Below are positions 48,640 to 64,000 of a DNA stretch of 64,000 nt, piece by piece (positions within the stretch are counted from its first letter, which is position 1; each line of letters starts with the position of its first letter). Made by a program: the position numbers and the translations under genes. Origin of the DNA: the human T2T-CHM13v2.0 reference genome, Homo sapiens. The notes under the pieces were generated by a model. The model made no database searches. It had not been told where the DNA came from and saw only the letters and a list, made by a program, of their open reading frames with translations. Location of the stretch: the NCBI RefSeq assembly GCF_009914755.1, contig NC_060935.1. One strand, given 5' to 3'.

Positions 48640-49735
48640 AAAAAGAAGTCCACACAAAAACATATGTGAATATTCAGAGTAGTTTTATTCATAATAACCC
48701 TGAACTGGAAACAACTCCAATGTCCATGCCTATGCAAAATGTGATAATATCCATACAATGGAATATTATTCAGCCCTAAAAAGAAATGAGGTACTCATAC
48801 ATGCTACTGAGGTAGATGGACTTGTTTTCCAATCAGACCCTTCTGATCAAAACAGGATGTAGCAGAGGAACTGGCGGAAACCAGCAGATGGTGACGAAAG
48901 CAACCTCTAGTTGCCCTCACTGCTCCTTAGCATAAAGACACTCCCACTAGTGCCAAGACAGTTTACAAATGCCATGGTAACGAGTGGGAAGTTGCCTTAC
49001 ATGGTTCCAGGAACTTCCCCGCCCCTTTTCGAGAAAATTCTGAATAATCCCATAATTAGCACTTAGTTAAGAGTAGGCAAAAATATAGCTGGCCAGCAAT
49101 CTGTGACAGCTGTGGCAGCTGTTGCTCCTGCTTGGGACTGCAGCTGCTGCTGCTGCTCTAGGCTGCTCTGTTTATGGGACAGCACTGCTCTGCCTATGGA
49201 GTGGCCACCTTGCTGTACACTGCTGCTCTGGGCCACTCTGTCTACGGGTTAGCCCTGCTCTGCCTACGGGTTAGCCCTGCTCTGCCTATGGGTTAGCCCT
49301 GCTCTATGGAGCAGCCATTGTGATGTACACTGTTGCTCTAATAAACTTGCTTTCTTTCACTGTCAGCTGATTCTTGAATTCTTTTCTGAGTGAAACCAAG
49401 AACCCACCAAGCTAAGCTCCAGTTTTGGGGTGCATCTGCATCACTACAACATGGATGAACCTTGAAAACATTATGCTAAGCAAAATAAGCCAGTCGCAAA
49501 AGATCATATATGATAGGATTCCATTTATACGAGGTATCCAGAAAAGGCAAATCTATGCAGACAGAAAGTAGACTAGTGGTTGCCCGGGGCTAGGGATGGG
49601 AATAGGCGATGGAGGTGTTCTAAAATTGGATTGTGGTGAGGGTTGCATACTTGTGACTTTACTAAAAATCATCTAATCGTACACTTAAAGTGAGTGCATT
49701 TTATTATATGTAAATTATACCTCAATAAAGCTTTT
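48640..49735 (+). mobile_element. L1MB-type 3' end split by an LTR
   Basis: 'catacatgctac|aacatggatgaaccttgaaaacattatgctaag' is continuous across the LTR; ends 'cctcaataaagc'. Confidence 0.8.
48808..49443 (+). mobile_element. ERV1 solo LTR of the MER41/MER66-like group
   Basis: TG...CA termini, 4-bp TSD CTAC, 'cagtttacaaatgccatgg', 'ctgctctgcctatggag', AATAAA near 49340. Confidence 0.8.
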
Positions 49736-49751
49736 TTGAAAAATGAAATGT

Positions 49752-50099
<348 letters not shown>

Positions 50100-52727
50100 C
50101 TAAAGGCAAATGGAAAGGGTTAGAAAATTCTTCCCTCTCAGAGTTCTAAAAATCAGTTGAGCAATAGCAGCATCCTGAGAATGAATGTGCATCGCCTCCC
50201 AGGGTGACTGACAGCCAAGTCTCATTTACACACAGTCTGATGGGCACTACTCCAGTAGCGCAGTAACTATTCCAGAGCTATTGCCTTTCCCGAAGCTTAC
50301 AGTCCACTGGGGAGATAAGAAATATAAAGATATTGACATCTGTCGATAAACAAAGTAAAATAAGTCAGCTCTGGTCAAATTGGCTTTTAAAACACTTTTT
50401 GCTCCTTTTACAGTGTGAGTTGATGGCACAGTAAGAGATAGTGGGGCTTTCCTTTTCATAGTCAGTTTGCAAAATCCCTACATAAAGGATTTTAAAAGAT
50501 CAGTTATGAGGAGAGAAAATCCCCAGATGAGGGACATACTGTTTTTCCTCCCTCCCAAATTCCTCACTCCCTGAAATACCGCTGTGGTAATGGGAACCTT
50601 CCACTTGAGTCCTTTCGCCCCAGGTCCAAGAGAAATAACACCATGATTGATATTGCATTTTCAAAGTCACTGATACATAAAAATAACTTCCTAGCTATTG
50701 TCTAAATGAATGACTGCATTTTAGATTTCAGCTGACACAGGTCTGAAATCCCTCTCTTTGGTTTCAGTCCCAATTTCTCTGTAGAGCTGACGTTGGCAGC
50801 TTGAGGTTTTTCTTTAGTGGTGCACCAATAACATCTCTCTCTTGCTACCTCTGTTTCTTGTCTTGGATTTTCTTCTCTAAAATCCAGAATGATTTTCCTC
50901 TTGCACTCTGCAGGATAAACCCATGCAATGTGGCTATGACATCAAACTCCATGCCAGGATGTGGAAGTGGGATTAGGAACATACAGGTGAAGCTTTGTAT
51001 GATTTTGAAAGGTTTAGCACAGCAGGAAACTGGCCTTGTTACTCAGATAAATGCTAGTGACCTATCAAATGCAGGATTAAGTTTTTAAAATTTGCTCCCA
51101 AAGGCAATATGGAAAAATGGAGGGACTCAGGCTGTGGTTATAGTTCTCCTGAGGAATGGACAGATGTGTGCAGATATGTGCTGCAAAACCAGATTGCCTT
51201 TCCATGCCATTGAGAGGCCTCTTAAGGAATGTCTGATGAATATTAAGAGAGAACTCAATAAATGTGCATTGTGAAAAAGAGTTACTTAACACATTATAGC
51301 CATCTGAAGCCTAATATTGAATTAAAACGCCAAGTTACCAGTCACTAAAGAGGGGAGTCCAGAGTACAACAGTTGGAAAACTAAGCCAAAGACTTAGGAA
51401 GGTGCTACTGAATGTTCTCACTGTTATTGTGATCAGTGGCTGAGCACCTGGCAATTCCAGGGTAGGCCAGTAGGTCTGCAAAGAGGGGAGCCTTGGTGCT
51501 TAGTTTCTAAAACTTACCTGGGAAGCAATTGTGAATTAATCAGTCATTATAATCCATGAGCATACAATATTTCATGGCATTGTGGTGAACTGTTTTGTGA
51601 TTGTATCAGCTTTGGGATGTAAATATTTAAAGAACACCAACTGTATCCACTTCATCTCAATTGCCAGTATTTAGTGTAGATTCTACAAAGATGCGTACAC
51701 AAAATTACCTGATTTTGCTGACTTTATACAGGTCAGTAAGCTCAACTGAAAAGTTAGAAAAAACACAACCTCTTACTTCAATAAAATAAATTACGGTAGC
51801 CAACAGTGCTTCACAGATTTGTCATATGAGTTAGCAGTAAAAAATATCTCTCCCTGATGACTAAGCCATGGACTCAAATCCCCCTGTCGGTCACCTCTTT
51901 TCTAATTATCATTAAGCATGACTTAGCTGGATGAACCACGGCTCAGGAGGAAGCATTAAAGCTCAGACATTGACCATGACAACTAGGGTGGAAATGTCTC
52001 TAAAATTGGGCAGTGGCCTGAATATATTGTAGGTCTTCTTTGAGAATTATCAGAGGCAAGAGGAATTGAAGCAGCACCTAAAAGGAAATGAAGGGTTAGC
52101 CTGCAGCCTACTAAGGATGGTAGCAAGGAAAAATGACACTCAAGAAGAGCAAATAGTTCTACCAACAACCAGCCAATATCAATTTTCCAGGTCTCAGAGG
52201 CTCAGAGAAACATGGACCAAGACTGTATGAGCAAAGAAACCATATCTTAGGCATGGCAAAGAGAAAATTAGGCAAAGATCAAAGGGAAGGAAGAGATTTT
52301 TGACTCAGAGAGAGGGAAAGGGGAGAGAGAAGTTTTGGTGGGTGTCTTATCTGTCTGTATATGTCCATGGTACCTAGCATATTGCTATAAATGTAGTCAA
52401 GGGTCAATACATGCTGTTTGGTTGAATGGAATGGATAAGATTTTTGGTAGTTGAGAAACTTTGAAAGAATGATGGATGCTTTCCCATTTTTCCTAAATTG
52501 TGTCCCTGATAGCAGAATTTGCCACCTGCAGATATTATATCTCAAGCTGCTTAGGGGTGAAATGGCTTACGTAAGAGATACTTGATATTTTTTGGCTTAG
52601 GCAGTTTTTATTAATATGTACATACACTTATGTCATTATTCTTGATCTTTTTTTTTTCAAACAAAGTAGTGTGTGGGTTACATGCTATTAATCTTGATTT
52701 AAGAAGTCATTATTTTCCAATAATAAG

Positions 52728-53745
<1,018 letters not shown>

Positions 53746-53859
53746 ATCTATTTCTTATGCTTCACTGCAAACTAGCCAAGGTTGAAACTCTCTTCATTTA
53801 ATAGGAACAAGGAATGCAAATGGGACTCGTTAGTGGTTCCTCAATAAAGGTAGAAACAT

Positions 53860-54320
53860 TCCAGTGGCTCCCCATCTCACCCACAGTCAAATCCAAATTT
53901 CTTATAATGACCTTCTAAGGCCCTATAAGACCTGGCCCCCACTACCTCTCTGGCCTCACCTCCCACTGTGCACCCCTCCATCACTCCACTCTACCCACAC
54001 AGGCCTCCCTGCTGCTCCAGGAACAAAACAAGCAGGGCCTTTGCACTCATAGTTCCTTTGCCTAGGATGCCCCCAGATATGCAGGTGGTTTACTTCCTCA
54101 CCTCCTTCAGCTTTCCAATCAAATGTCACCTTATCAGAGAGGCTTTGACTAACCACCATATATACAACAGCAAACCACCTCCTACACATTCACACACACT
54201 GTCTCTTAATTCTTTACTCCTCACATCGCTTTATTCATAGCACTTATCACACATGACAAGTCTGGCACATGATTGGTATCCAACATATATCTGTTGAATG
54301 AATGAATCAATGAATCAATC
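53860..54320 (+). mobile_element. L2 3' end
   Basis: 'ccagtggctccccatctcac...gggcctttgcact...tgttgaatgaatgaat'. Confidence 0.8.
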
Positions 54321-54741
54321 AACCAATCAGTCAAAGATAAAGCACACATTCCCTTTTGTTCTCAATCTTGCTTTTCTCTCAGTTCATCCCCAGAATTCCC
54401 CCTGGATAGAAGAAATTGGCCACTGAAAGACATACAAACCTGTTCTGCAAAAAGTTACACACCCCTGCCCCTGATGGTTCTTCTCCTGAGAACCTTCATC
54501 TGAGTCAATGGCACGATGATCTGGAAGCATGGAGTCAACTCTTATCTCTCCCCCTGATGCCCTACTCTCAGTGCATCAGCAAGTCCTACAGTGTCAACCT
54601 CCAGAACATACATGACGGTCCCCTTCTCCAGACTATTCTCTCAGCCACTATTCCCTCTCATTTAGTCTCTTAACTGGTGTCCTCTCTTCTATTCTTGACC
54701 CATTCCTACCCAATTTGCACACAGTTACCAGAGAGGGATTT

Positions 54742-55450
<709 letters not shown>

Positions 55451-55554
55451 ACTACCCTGCCTAAAAGCACTTCAATATCTACCCAAATTTCCTATTATAG
55501 GCCCCAGAATTCTGTGGGCTGCAGTTCTGTTCACCTCTTCACATTCATCCGTTG

Positions 55555-56287
55555 TCAGTACATTAGGCCATTTAATTGGTCAAGAGGCTTAACTGGCTCA
55601 TGGTTCTGCAGGCTGTACAGGAAGCATGGTGCTGGCACCTGCTCAGCTTCTAGGGAGGCCTCAGGAAGCTTCCAATCACGGCAGAAGGCAAAGGGGGAGC
55701 AGGCAGGTCACATGGCAAAAGCAGGAACAAGTGAGAGAGAAGAGACAGAGAATTGGAATGGGTGAGGTGCCACACACTTTTTTTTTTTTTTTGAGACAGA
55801 GTCTCGCTCTGTTGCCGGGCTGGAGTGCAGTGGCGCAATCTCGGCTAATTGCAACCTCTTGAACCGCCTCCTGGGTTCAAGAGATTCTCCTGCCTAAGCC
55901 TCCCAAGTAGCTGGGACAACAGGCGCACGCCACCAAGCCCAGCTAATTTTTGTATTTTTAGTAGAGACTGGGTTTCACCATGTGAGGGTTTCACCATGTT
56001 GGCCAGGACGGTCTCGATCTCTTGACCTCATGATTCACCCACCTCGGACTCCCAAAGTGTTGGGATTACAGGCGTGAGCCACCAAGCCCCGCCACACACA
56101 CTTTTCAACAATCAGATCTCCTGTGAACTCAGAGCTAGAGCTCACTCATCACCAAGAGGATGGCCCAAGCCATTCATGCAGTATCTGCCCCCAGGATCCA
56201 AACACCTCCCAGCAGGCCCCACCTCCCACAGTGGAGATTACATCTCAACAGGAGATCTGGGTGGGGACAAATATTCAAACTATATCA
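55555..56287 (-). mobile_element. MST-like LTR with nested AluS (55778-56092)
   Basis: 'ggttctgcaggctgtacaggaagcatggtgctggc...gggacaaatattcaaactatatca', Alu TSD GCCACACAC. Confidence 0.82.
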
Positions 56288-56704
56288 GTCACTTTCCCCA
56301 GCTTCCTTTGCTCCAGCCCCACTGGGTTTTGTTTAACTTCTTAGGCGCTTAATTCCTTCTGGCCTGAACCTTTCCTACTTGCTTCCTCTTGCCCATTTGT
56401 GTGGCTGGTTCCTAAAGACCATTCTTTAGATGCCGACCCAAATGTCACCTTCTTAGAGAGGCATTGCACAGTCCCATCTGTCCAAAGGAGGTTGCTCATG
56501 TTTTTCCTTCTTCGTGTGGGTGTGTGTACCAAAATCTCTTTAATTCCGTCATTGGACATTTTTTTTGTTTTACTAATATTCAGACATTGTAAACAATGCT
56601 TCAAGCAATATCTTTGTACCTCTATCTCTGATATAATTATTTCCTTAGGAGAAAGTCCTAGAAATGGAATTGCAAGGTATAAGATTATTAACGTTCTTAA
56701 GGCT

Positions 56705-57169
56705 TTAAGATGTTGTCTTTGGGTAGGATCTGTTACATCTTGCGTCCTTACAAATTCTCCTAAGCTTCAGTGTTCCTCGCAGGACAAGCCGTCCAGGAGG
56801 CCGCGCGGTCAGCACTCCTGCCTGGTCTGTGGCCTTCAGGCGATTCAGGGCCAGCTGCAGGGCCTGGAATTCAAACATTCTCTTGGCAACACAGAGGCAG
56901 TCTGGAATACCCTTTTCTTGAAAGATATTTTCACCAGAAGTCCAAATGGCAGCAAGCCCTCTGCCTTTATCTGAGAATCCGTTCTGGTTCAAGGGGTAGT
57001 TGAGTGCTAAACTTCTGGGAAATTGTGTCTATCCCGGATTCGCGCTTCACCATGGAATCCAGTCCCTTCTCCAGGGCTTCACCCACGCTCCCTGTGATCT
57101 CTGAGTCGCCCTCCTTTTCCACAATTTCATGTGTAATCTCATTTTCTGTTTCTGCTACAATGTCAAATT
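56705..57169 (-). other. Candidate exon / unidentified coding-like or pseudogene segment
   Basis: Non-repetitive and retains CpGs. Preceded by a polypyrimidine tract plus AG (TCCTTTTTTTTCCCCAG, AG at 57171-57170). Two overlapping protein-like frames (56967..57200 and 56705..56992). No homolog recognised. Confidence 0.3.
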
Positions 57170-57414
57170 CTGGGGAAAAAAAAGGACCTGCATCGTGCAA
57201 ACTCCTATTGTGTCCGAGCCTGCTCCTGTGTCAATCTCCAGTGTGGCATCCATGCTCCTTACGGCAGTAATGTGCCTGTGACATCGGGTGCAGGTTTGGG
57301 ACCCTTAACATCCACAAACCCTGCAGAGATGGGACCACACTAGAGAGCCACGCATTCTCCTGTTTCTGGAGGAGGCTTCTCTGAAGGCAGCTCACATGAG
57401 TAAAAGTCACTTTT

Positions 57415-57650
57415 TCAGGTCGCAGTCCCGCGCAAGGGGCGGAAGGGGCGGCGGCGCCTGCAAACGCCGCGGGAGGGCGAGCGCGCGGTCGCAGAGCTCC
57501 AAGACCAGGTCCCGGCCCCGCAGCGCCCGGCCCAGCCCGGCCCGCCCACCTCGCGCGGAAACTTCGAGCTGCGCAGCCGCCGCGCCGGCGCCTCCCCAGC
57601 AAAGCTCCGCTAAGTGCGGCCGGCGGGGGTGCGGGGCGTTGGGCACCTGA
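57415..57650. promoter_or_regulatory. Small CpG-rich promoter/enhancer-like element
   Basis: Very GC- and CpG-dense unique sequence in an otherwise CpG-depleted window. Tandem GGGGCGG (Sp/KLF) boxes at ~57436-57452, CGGAAG (ETS) motif, and a GCTGCGCAGC palindrome. Confidence 0.75.
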
Positions 57651-57788
57651 CCATTTTCTATCATACCACCCTGTTTGTTTCCTCAGGAACTTCACAATTA
57701 GTAATTAGTTTATTTGTCACCTCACTTGCTTATTGTCTATACCTACAATAAACTGTAGCTCCCTAAGGTGGTGGTGACATCTGATTAG

Positions 57789-57929
57789 TTTATTATTGCA
57801 TCCCAGTGCCCTGACATATTATTCATATTTACATATTTACATATGAATAAATATGCATATTTATTATTGTATCCCAGTGCCCTGACATGTTATTCATATT
57901 TACGTATTTTCATATTTACATATGAATAA
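57789..57929 (+). repeat. ~71-bp tandem duplication within an L2 tail region
   Basis: tttattattg(c/t)atcccagtgccctgacat(a/g)ttattcatattta... occurs at 57789 and 57860. Confidence 0.85.
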
Positions 57930-59305
57930 TGTATAGAACGGATATATGTATACAATAATGTATGTATGTATAGAATGAATGAAAACGATGGATGGATGGA
58001 CTGATGAATGGATGGATGAAGAGTGATGTGAGGTATTCACATCTGACTCTTCTTGGCACTACCCTACTGTGAGAAGAGCTTCTCTTGAATCTGATGAGAA
58101 TTGGTGAAAACAAAGGGCAGGCAAAACTGTACTAGCTCCTGGACTCTTTCCCACAGCTAGGGAGCCCTGGAATGTCTCCCCACAGAGCCCACCCATGGCC
58201 CATCCATTCTCTACAGAGCCTTGGGGTTTGTTTCTCCACAGTAGTTCAGCCCTCCTCGCTGATCAGAGCAGAAAACCAAGGTTCAGAAAAGAGACCTGAT
58301 AAGCTTGTAAACACACAGTTCATTTGTAGGAGAGATAATTATACTCAACAGTCATTAACTTTAGCCACCCCTAAGTCACTTTGAGTTGACCTCCATGTAT
58401 TTGGCTGTCACTCTGTGGATGGCCTCATCCAGGCTCGTGAGGATCAAGGCAACATTACGAGGCTCACCATTTTAGTCTACATCTCATCCCACCACTTATC
58501 AGACTATGCCTGGTGGCAGAAGCCTGTGGGGTCGGGGTGTGGAGAGGCTTGCCAGGGCTTGCTCATCATCAGCCGGTTATTGGGAATCCGCTGGTGGAAG
58601 TGTCAATCCAGAAGGGAAAGCTGAGTGGAGAATGGACCCTGAGTCAGCAACATGGAGCGCAGGGTCTGGACTTGGAGTAGACCTTAGAGATAACCCACCC
58701 CCTATTTCCTCTCAGAACCAAAGGAGTTATACATGGGGGACTTTGGAACGGAGAAGTGGGTCAACGTTGACAACGAAGAGTAAGGACAGCGAAGATGTGA
58801 AAATGAGGAGCTAGGTCAAGAAGCAGCGTGTTCATGGGCCAAACCTTTCACTTGGGCCCTGAGCAATGCCTCTCTGGGTCATGGGGACATCTTAGAAAAC
58901 TTATCAGGCTAGAGAAATTGCACCTTCTTTCCTAGTACCCTTTGTCACTACCACATCCAGCAGTGGCTGCTCTTTTATCCCTTCCTTTAATCTTCTCCTC
59001 ATCCTCTAAGCAAACCCTGCTCTTCAGAGAGTAACGGTGTCAATGATGTATGTCTTAGCACGACTGGACCCTCCCAAACTCTAATTGATGGGTAGTGTCT
59101 GTCTAGAGAGCCCTGTGTTGAGAGTTCTGAGGCACGCAGTGGGCTGAGTGGGACACTCTATTCCGACCAATTTATGGTGTCAATCACGGGTAGGGGAAGG
59201 ATCAGTGAAGGGATGTATGGCCAGGTATTTATCATGCCTGGCAGAGTGAATGTATTTAAGTTCATTGTTACTTACGCCAAGATTATTTGCAATTTCAACC
59301 TTATT

Positions 59306-59604
59306 TCTTTTTCTTTTTCTTTTTTTTTTGAGACAAGGTCTCACTCTGTCATCCAGGCTAGAGTGCAGTGGCATGATTTTGGTTCACTGCAACCTTTGCC
59401 TCCCAGGATCAAGCAATCCTCCCACCTCAAGTAGCTGGGACCACAGGCTACACCCAGCTGATTTTTGTACTTTTTTTTTTTTTTTGGTAGAGACAGGGCT
59501 TTGCCATGTTGCCCACGGTGGTCTCGACCTCCTGGGCTCAAGTCATCCACCTGCCTCAGCCTCCCAAAGTGTTGAGATTATAGGTGTGAGCCACTGTGCC
59601 TGGC
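59306..59604 (-). mobile_element. AluJ
   Basis: Antisense Alu, TSD TCAA(C/T)CTTATTTCT. Confidence 0.9.
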
Positions 59605-60877
59605 CTCAATCTTATTTCTAATTTGGCATAAATGGCTTTTGTCTTCTGGAAAAGAATTTCAGATGTCAACAACAGATGAAAAATATATTTCATGGACTCA
59701 GTAGCTTCTGCAATCATATCACTAAGGAAACAAATACTTTTAAAAAGATCTACAAGCATCCTTAAGTGTTTTTGAATACATATCTTATCACAAGAGCTCT
59801 AAAGAATTTATCATTTTTTCACGTAAGAAAATCAAGCTTTAAAAAAATTAACTTTTCCCCCATACCGCTAGTATCAGCAGAGCTCAAATTTCACTTCAGT
59901 TCTGGCAATTTGCAGGGCCCAGGATTTTTTATTACACCAGTAAATAAGTTCCTCTTTTGTCTTTGCTTAAAGCAGTCCTGGGGATGAGGGTAGAGGGAAG
60001 GAATGGCTACACAGAGACAGAAGACATCCCTGCCCAAGAACACACTCACATCCCAAGACTCAGGAAACTTTAAATCCATATATGAACGAGAGAAGGTGAA
60101 CCTAACTGGAACTGTATCCACAGCTCTTGTTTATATAATGAAGAAATACATAATTAGAGTTGGGAGTGATTAATCAAGGATAACTTCCTGGAGGGAATAA
60201 TTTCAGATTAGAGTTTTGAAAGATGCCAGGAGGGAGAGGATTCTGAGAATAGAAAAATGAGAATCTCATTCATAATTTCATTAGTTCTAGCTTTTCAGAT
60301 GGGCCATGTATGCAAATGTGTTTGAATGTGAGAAGCTGTATAAAGAAATCACCTTTTATTTCTTTGGAAATTTCTGTTATGTTCTGTTTAAATGGCTGAA
60401 ACTCTAGGGGGGCCTGCTAAGATTATTAAAAAGAAATTGGTCATTAAATTTAAACTGTCTAGTAGATGAATTTAAAAAGCCAGCTGTCAGAAAACCCCCT
60501 CACTTAAAAATAAGGGGCATCATGGAGTTATCACAGAGGAATTATGAATAATATGGCTGCGGTCCCTCTACTTTCTGTCTTTTTGGTTTTTACCCCAATG
60601 AAGAGAAAAGGAAATTAGGGAACTGAGAGTATGAAAGAATAAACATGGCTGATGTAATTACATAATCTGCGTCAAGAGACCTTCTTTTTCTGTCTCACAG
60701 GTGTGTCTCTCGTTACTAGCTGGGGAGGTAAGGAGGGCAAGTTGGGGAGGTGGTACAGTTGAGTGACCCTTTGATTTAAAAAAATCTAAATTGCAATGTC
60801 TGTGTAGATTGTCTTCATCATCTAGTGGTCCACCATGAAGTGCAAAGAGTCCTGAGAGGATGACCCCTGACCCTTGA

Positions 60878-61276
<399 letters not shown>

Positions 61277-61329
61277 ATGGATGTTAAAACAGCCTTCTAT
61301 TGAGGAGTTTAGAAAAGTATTCTAGCTAG

Positions 61330-61825
61330 ATGGAGTTGGGGGCTGTTTGGGATGGCTGTGCTTCAAGCCTTCCTTCTGGGAAATGTCCTTCCCCCACATC
61401 TGCTGATTACTGTGGGCACATGACTCCACTTGACCGACCAGAATACCCCATCCTCCTGGATATAGAACACTGGGGCATGTGACCTCAGCAGAATCCTCTT
61501 CAGGGACTGATATGGACTGAATGATGTGGTGGGGAGAGAAGGTTCTCTCTTTTCTCTTTAAGGATAGTATAAGCCAGGGACAATTGGTGATCATCTTTGG
61601 GTCATATGGACAAAATCTGAGTGAAGCCAATGGACCCAGGTACCTATAGAACTAAGAGGTGACAAAAAATTAATAGTCCTTATAATTTGAAATCCTAGAC
61701 TCAGCCAGGCCTGAAGTTAGATCACCTCTAGACCTCTTGGTTATATAAGTCAATACATTTCATTTATCACTTCAGCTGGTTTTAGTCTCTACCCCTTACA
61801 TCTAAAAGACTAGTGGCTAATATAG
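61330..61825 (+). mobile_element. Old MLT1-type LTR
   Basis: 'ggggcatgtgacc', 'cagccaggcctgaag', 'gtcaatacatttc' and end 'gtggctaatata'. Confidence 0.55.
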
Positions 61826-62738
61826 AGGGAAGCAGACACAGGTAGAGATAAAGGGTTGTGCCTCTTTTAGATAATTTTCTCCTTTGTACCTTTTACAAAG
61901 GGCTGGATCTTACTGCTTATGCTTTCGGAGGGCATCCCTCATAGACATTCCTTTCTTCCTATCTTCTCTCTCATTTTTATTCTCCTTTTAACCTCTTCTC
62001 CTTCTGCTTCCCCATCCAATCCCCCTTTCTCTTGGAATCTACCACCTTCCTTGGAGAAATAGTCAAATTTCAGTCTCCCTAAGTTTTTTCTTGTATATGG
62101 TAAGTTTCACATTCTCAAGCTCCATGGGGTATCAGTGGCTTGACTCATGTACTCAGTACTGCTGCTCTGCAGCCAGAAGGGGAGAGTTCTGGTGTTAGGG
62201 TCCATTGGCTCCCACAGGAAAGGAGGCAGTTTAAGCTTAAGTCCTGAGGATAAGGGAAGGAAGTATAAGGAGAGCAGCATGTCACTCCGGGCCATGGGTG
62301 CCTTACTCTCTGTAACCAAACACAGGTCATGAATTCAAGGACTAATTGTCATAAAAACATTTATCTGGTCTAAATAAGAAATTCATATTCCTCTGTTATC
62401 ATAAATTTGACACTTTGAGAGCACTAATCTTGACTCATTTCGTGAAGAAAGCATTTTTCCTTTCTGAGTTGTCTCTCTAGTGGATATTCATCTCTAAATT
62501 GCCAGATAATAAACAGCTCCGGACCTAGACACTTCTTCCTAACCACTTGTTTCCCTGCCTTATGTTGCTGGTGTAGGGTAAAGGTGAGAGGATGGATTAG
62601 TAAGCAAAGTTTCAGTTGCTGTATCACTATATTAAAAATATATCTAAGATCTCATTTGGGAGTGTGAGGATTGAAACAGTCAAGAAAACTTGCTCGAGAT
62701 AGCTTTTGACAGCAAGCTGACCAATGCTTAAAAATCAG

Positions 62739-63032
62739 GGCTGGATGCGGTGGTTCACACCTGTAATCCCAACACTTTGGGAGGCTGAGGCAGGAGGATT
62801 GCTTGAGGCCAGGAGTTTGAGGCCAGCCTTGGCAACATAGTGAGACCCCATCTCCACAAAAAATTTAAAAATTCAGTGAATGTAGGGGCAGGTGCCTGTA
62901 GTTCCAGCTACTCTGGAGGCAGAGGCAGGAGGCTCACTTTAGCCCAGGAGTTGGAGGCTACAGTGAGCTATGATCATCACACTGTACTCCAGTCTGGGCA
63001 GCAAAGCAAGACCCCATCTCTTAAAGAAAAAA
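62739..63032 (+). mobile_element. AluJ
   Basis: Dimer, TSD AAAAATCAG. Confidence 0.9.
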
Positions 63033-63298
63033 TCAGAACTTAAAACAACCTTACATGTGCTTAGGAAGGTTTTTGACTCCAAGAAAAAATTCAGGAAGAA
63101 TTTAGAAGGGTCTATTTCTATTTAAGAAATCCAAAGGTAGTTTGAAAAGTGACTGAGAATAATTAAAAGATAGGGGGAAAGGAATAAAATTATTTCTAGG
63201 TATTCACACTTAACTATTATCTGTATATTAGTTAACATTCATATAGCTGGTAACTATGTGCCAGGTACTGTTCTAAGTACTTTAAAAACATTAACCTA

Positions 63299-63647
<349 letters not shown>

Positions 63648-63684
63648 TCATTATTTTAACTTACTAATAGCAGTGGTATCAAGA

Positions 63685-63925
63685 GAATGGGAAGACAAGC
63701 CACATACTGGAAGCAAATTTTTATAAATGACATATCTGATAAAGAACTGCCATATAAAAATAAAAAGAACATTTAAAATGCAACAATAAGAAAATGAACA
63801 ACCCAAATACAAAATGGACAAAAGATCTGAGCAGATGCCTCACCAAAGAAGATATACAGTGCACAAATAAGAATGTGAAAAGATGCTCAATATCATGTCA
63901 TTACAGAATTGCAAATTAAAATTAA
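63685..63925 (+). mobile_element. L1M ORF2 fragment
   Basis: 'caccaaagaagatatacag...gaaaagatgctcaatatc...gcaaattaaaa'. Confidence 0.75.
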
Positions 63926-64000
63926 TAGCAACAACAATAGCTAGTATTTTTCAAATGCCCACAGTACTCATACTTTATGAATCTCATTTAATCTTCACAA

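Noticed and set aside
49236-49301. Repeat array resembling CRISPR
   Set aside because: Head-to-tail repeats with no unique spacers, inside a primate LTR, and no cas genes.
56399-56974. Longest ORF in the window (191 aa, +)
   Set aside because: Non-ATG start, runs through L2/L1-derived sequence, no recognisable domain.
57231-57695. Overlapping Arg/Ala/Gly/Pro-rich ORFs across the CpG element
   Set aside because: Expected from stop-codon depletion in GC-rich DNA.

Overview
Primate (human/ape-like) genomic DNA that is almost entirely interspersed repeats. I see no intact protein-coding gene, RNA gene or CRISPR array. It contains two defective minus-strand MER4-group (ERV1) proviruses. The first (1-4969) keeps env and fragments of gag and integrase. 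The second (36356-41881) carries several nested insertions. Also present are several solo ERV1/MaLR/ERVL LTRs, a 3'-truncated L1PB-type element (8890-12170), older L1M, L2, MIR and CR1/L3 relics, hAT DNA transposons and about 30 Alus. A small CpG-rich, GC-box promoter-like element lies at ~57415-57650, next to a candidate minus-strand exon with protein-like reading frames. The most unusual structures are repair or rearrangement scars: (i) a near-identical 173-bp templated insertion copied 1.28 kb downstream into an LTR, with microhomology at both ends; (ii) a fused head-to-head inverted Alu pair; (iii) two nearby Alus sharing a private deletion; (iv) an L1 sense/antisense junction. Repeat subfamily names come from memory of consensus sequences and are tentative. 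Mismatch counts were made by eye. I cannot identify the locus or claim a new biological system from the sequence alone.
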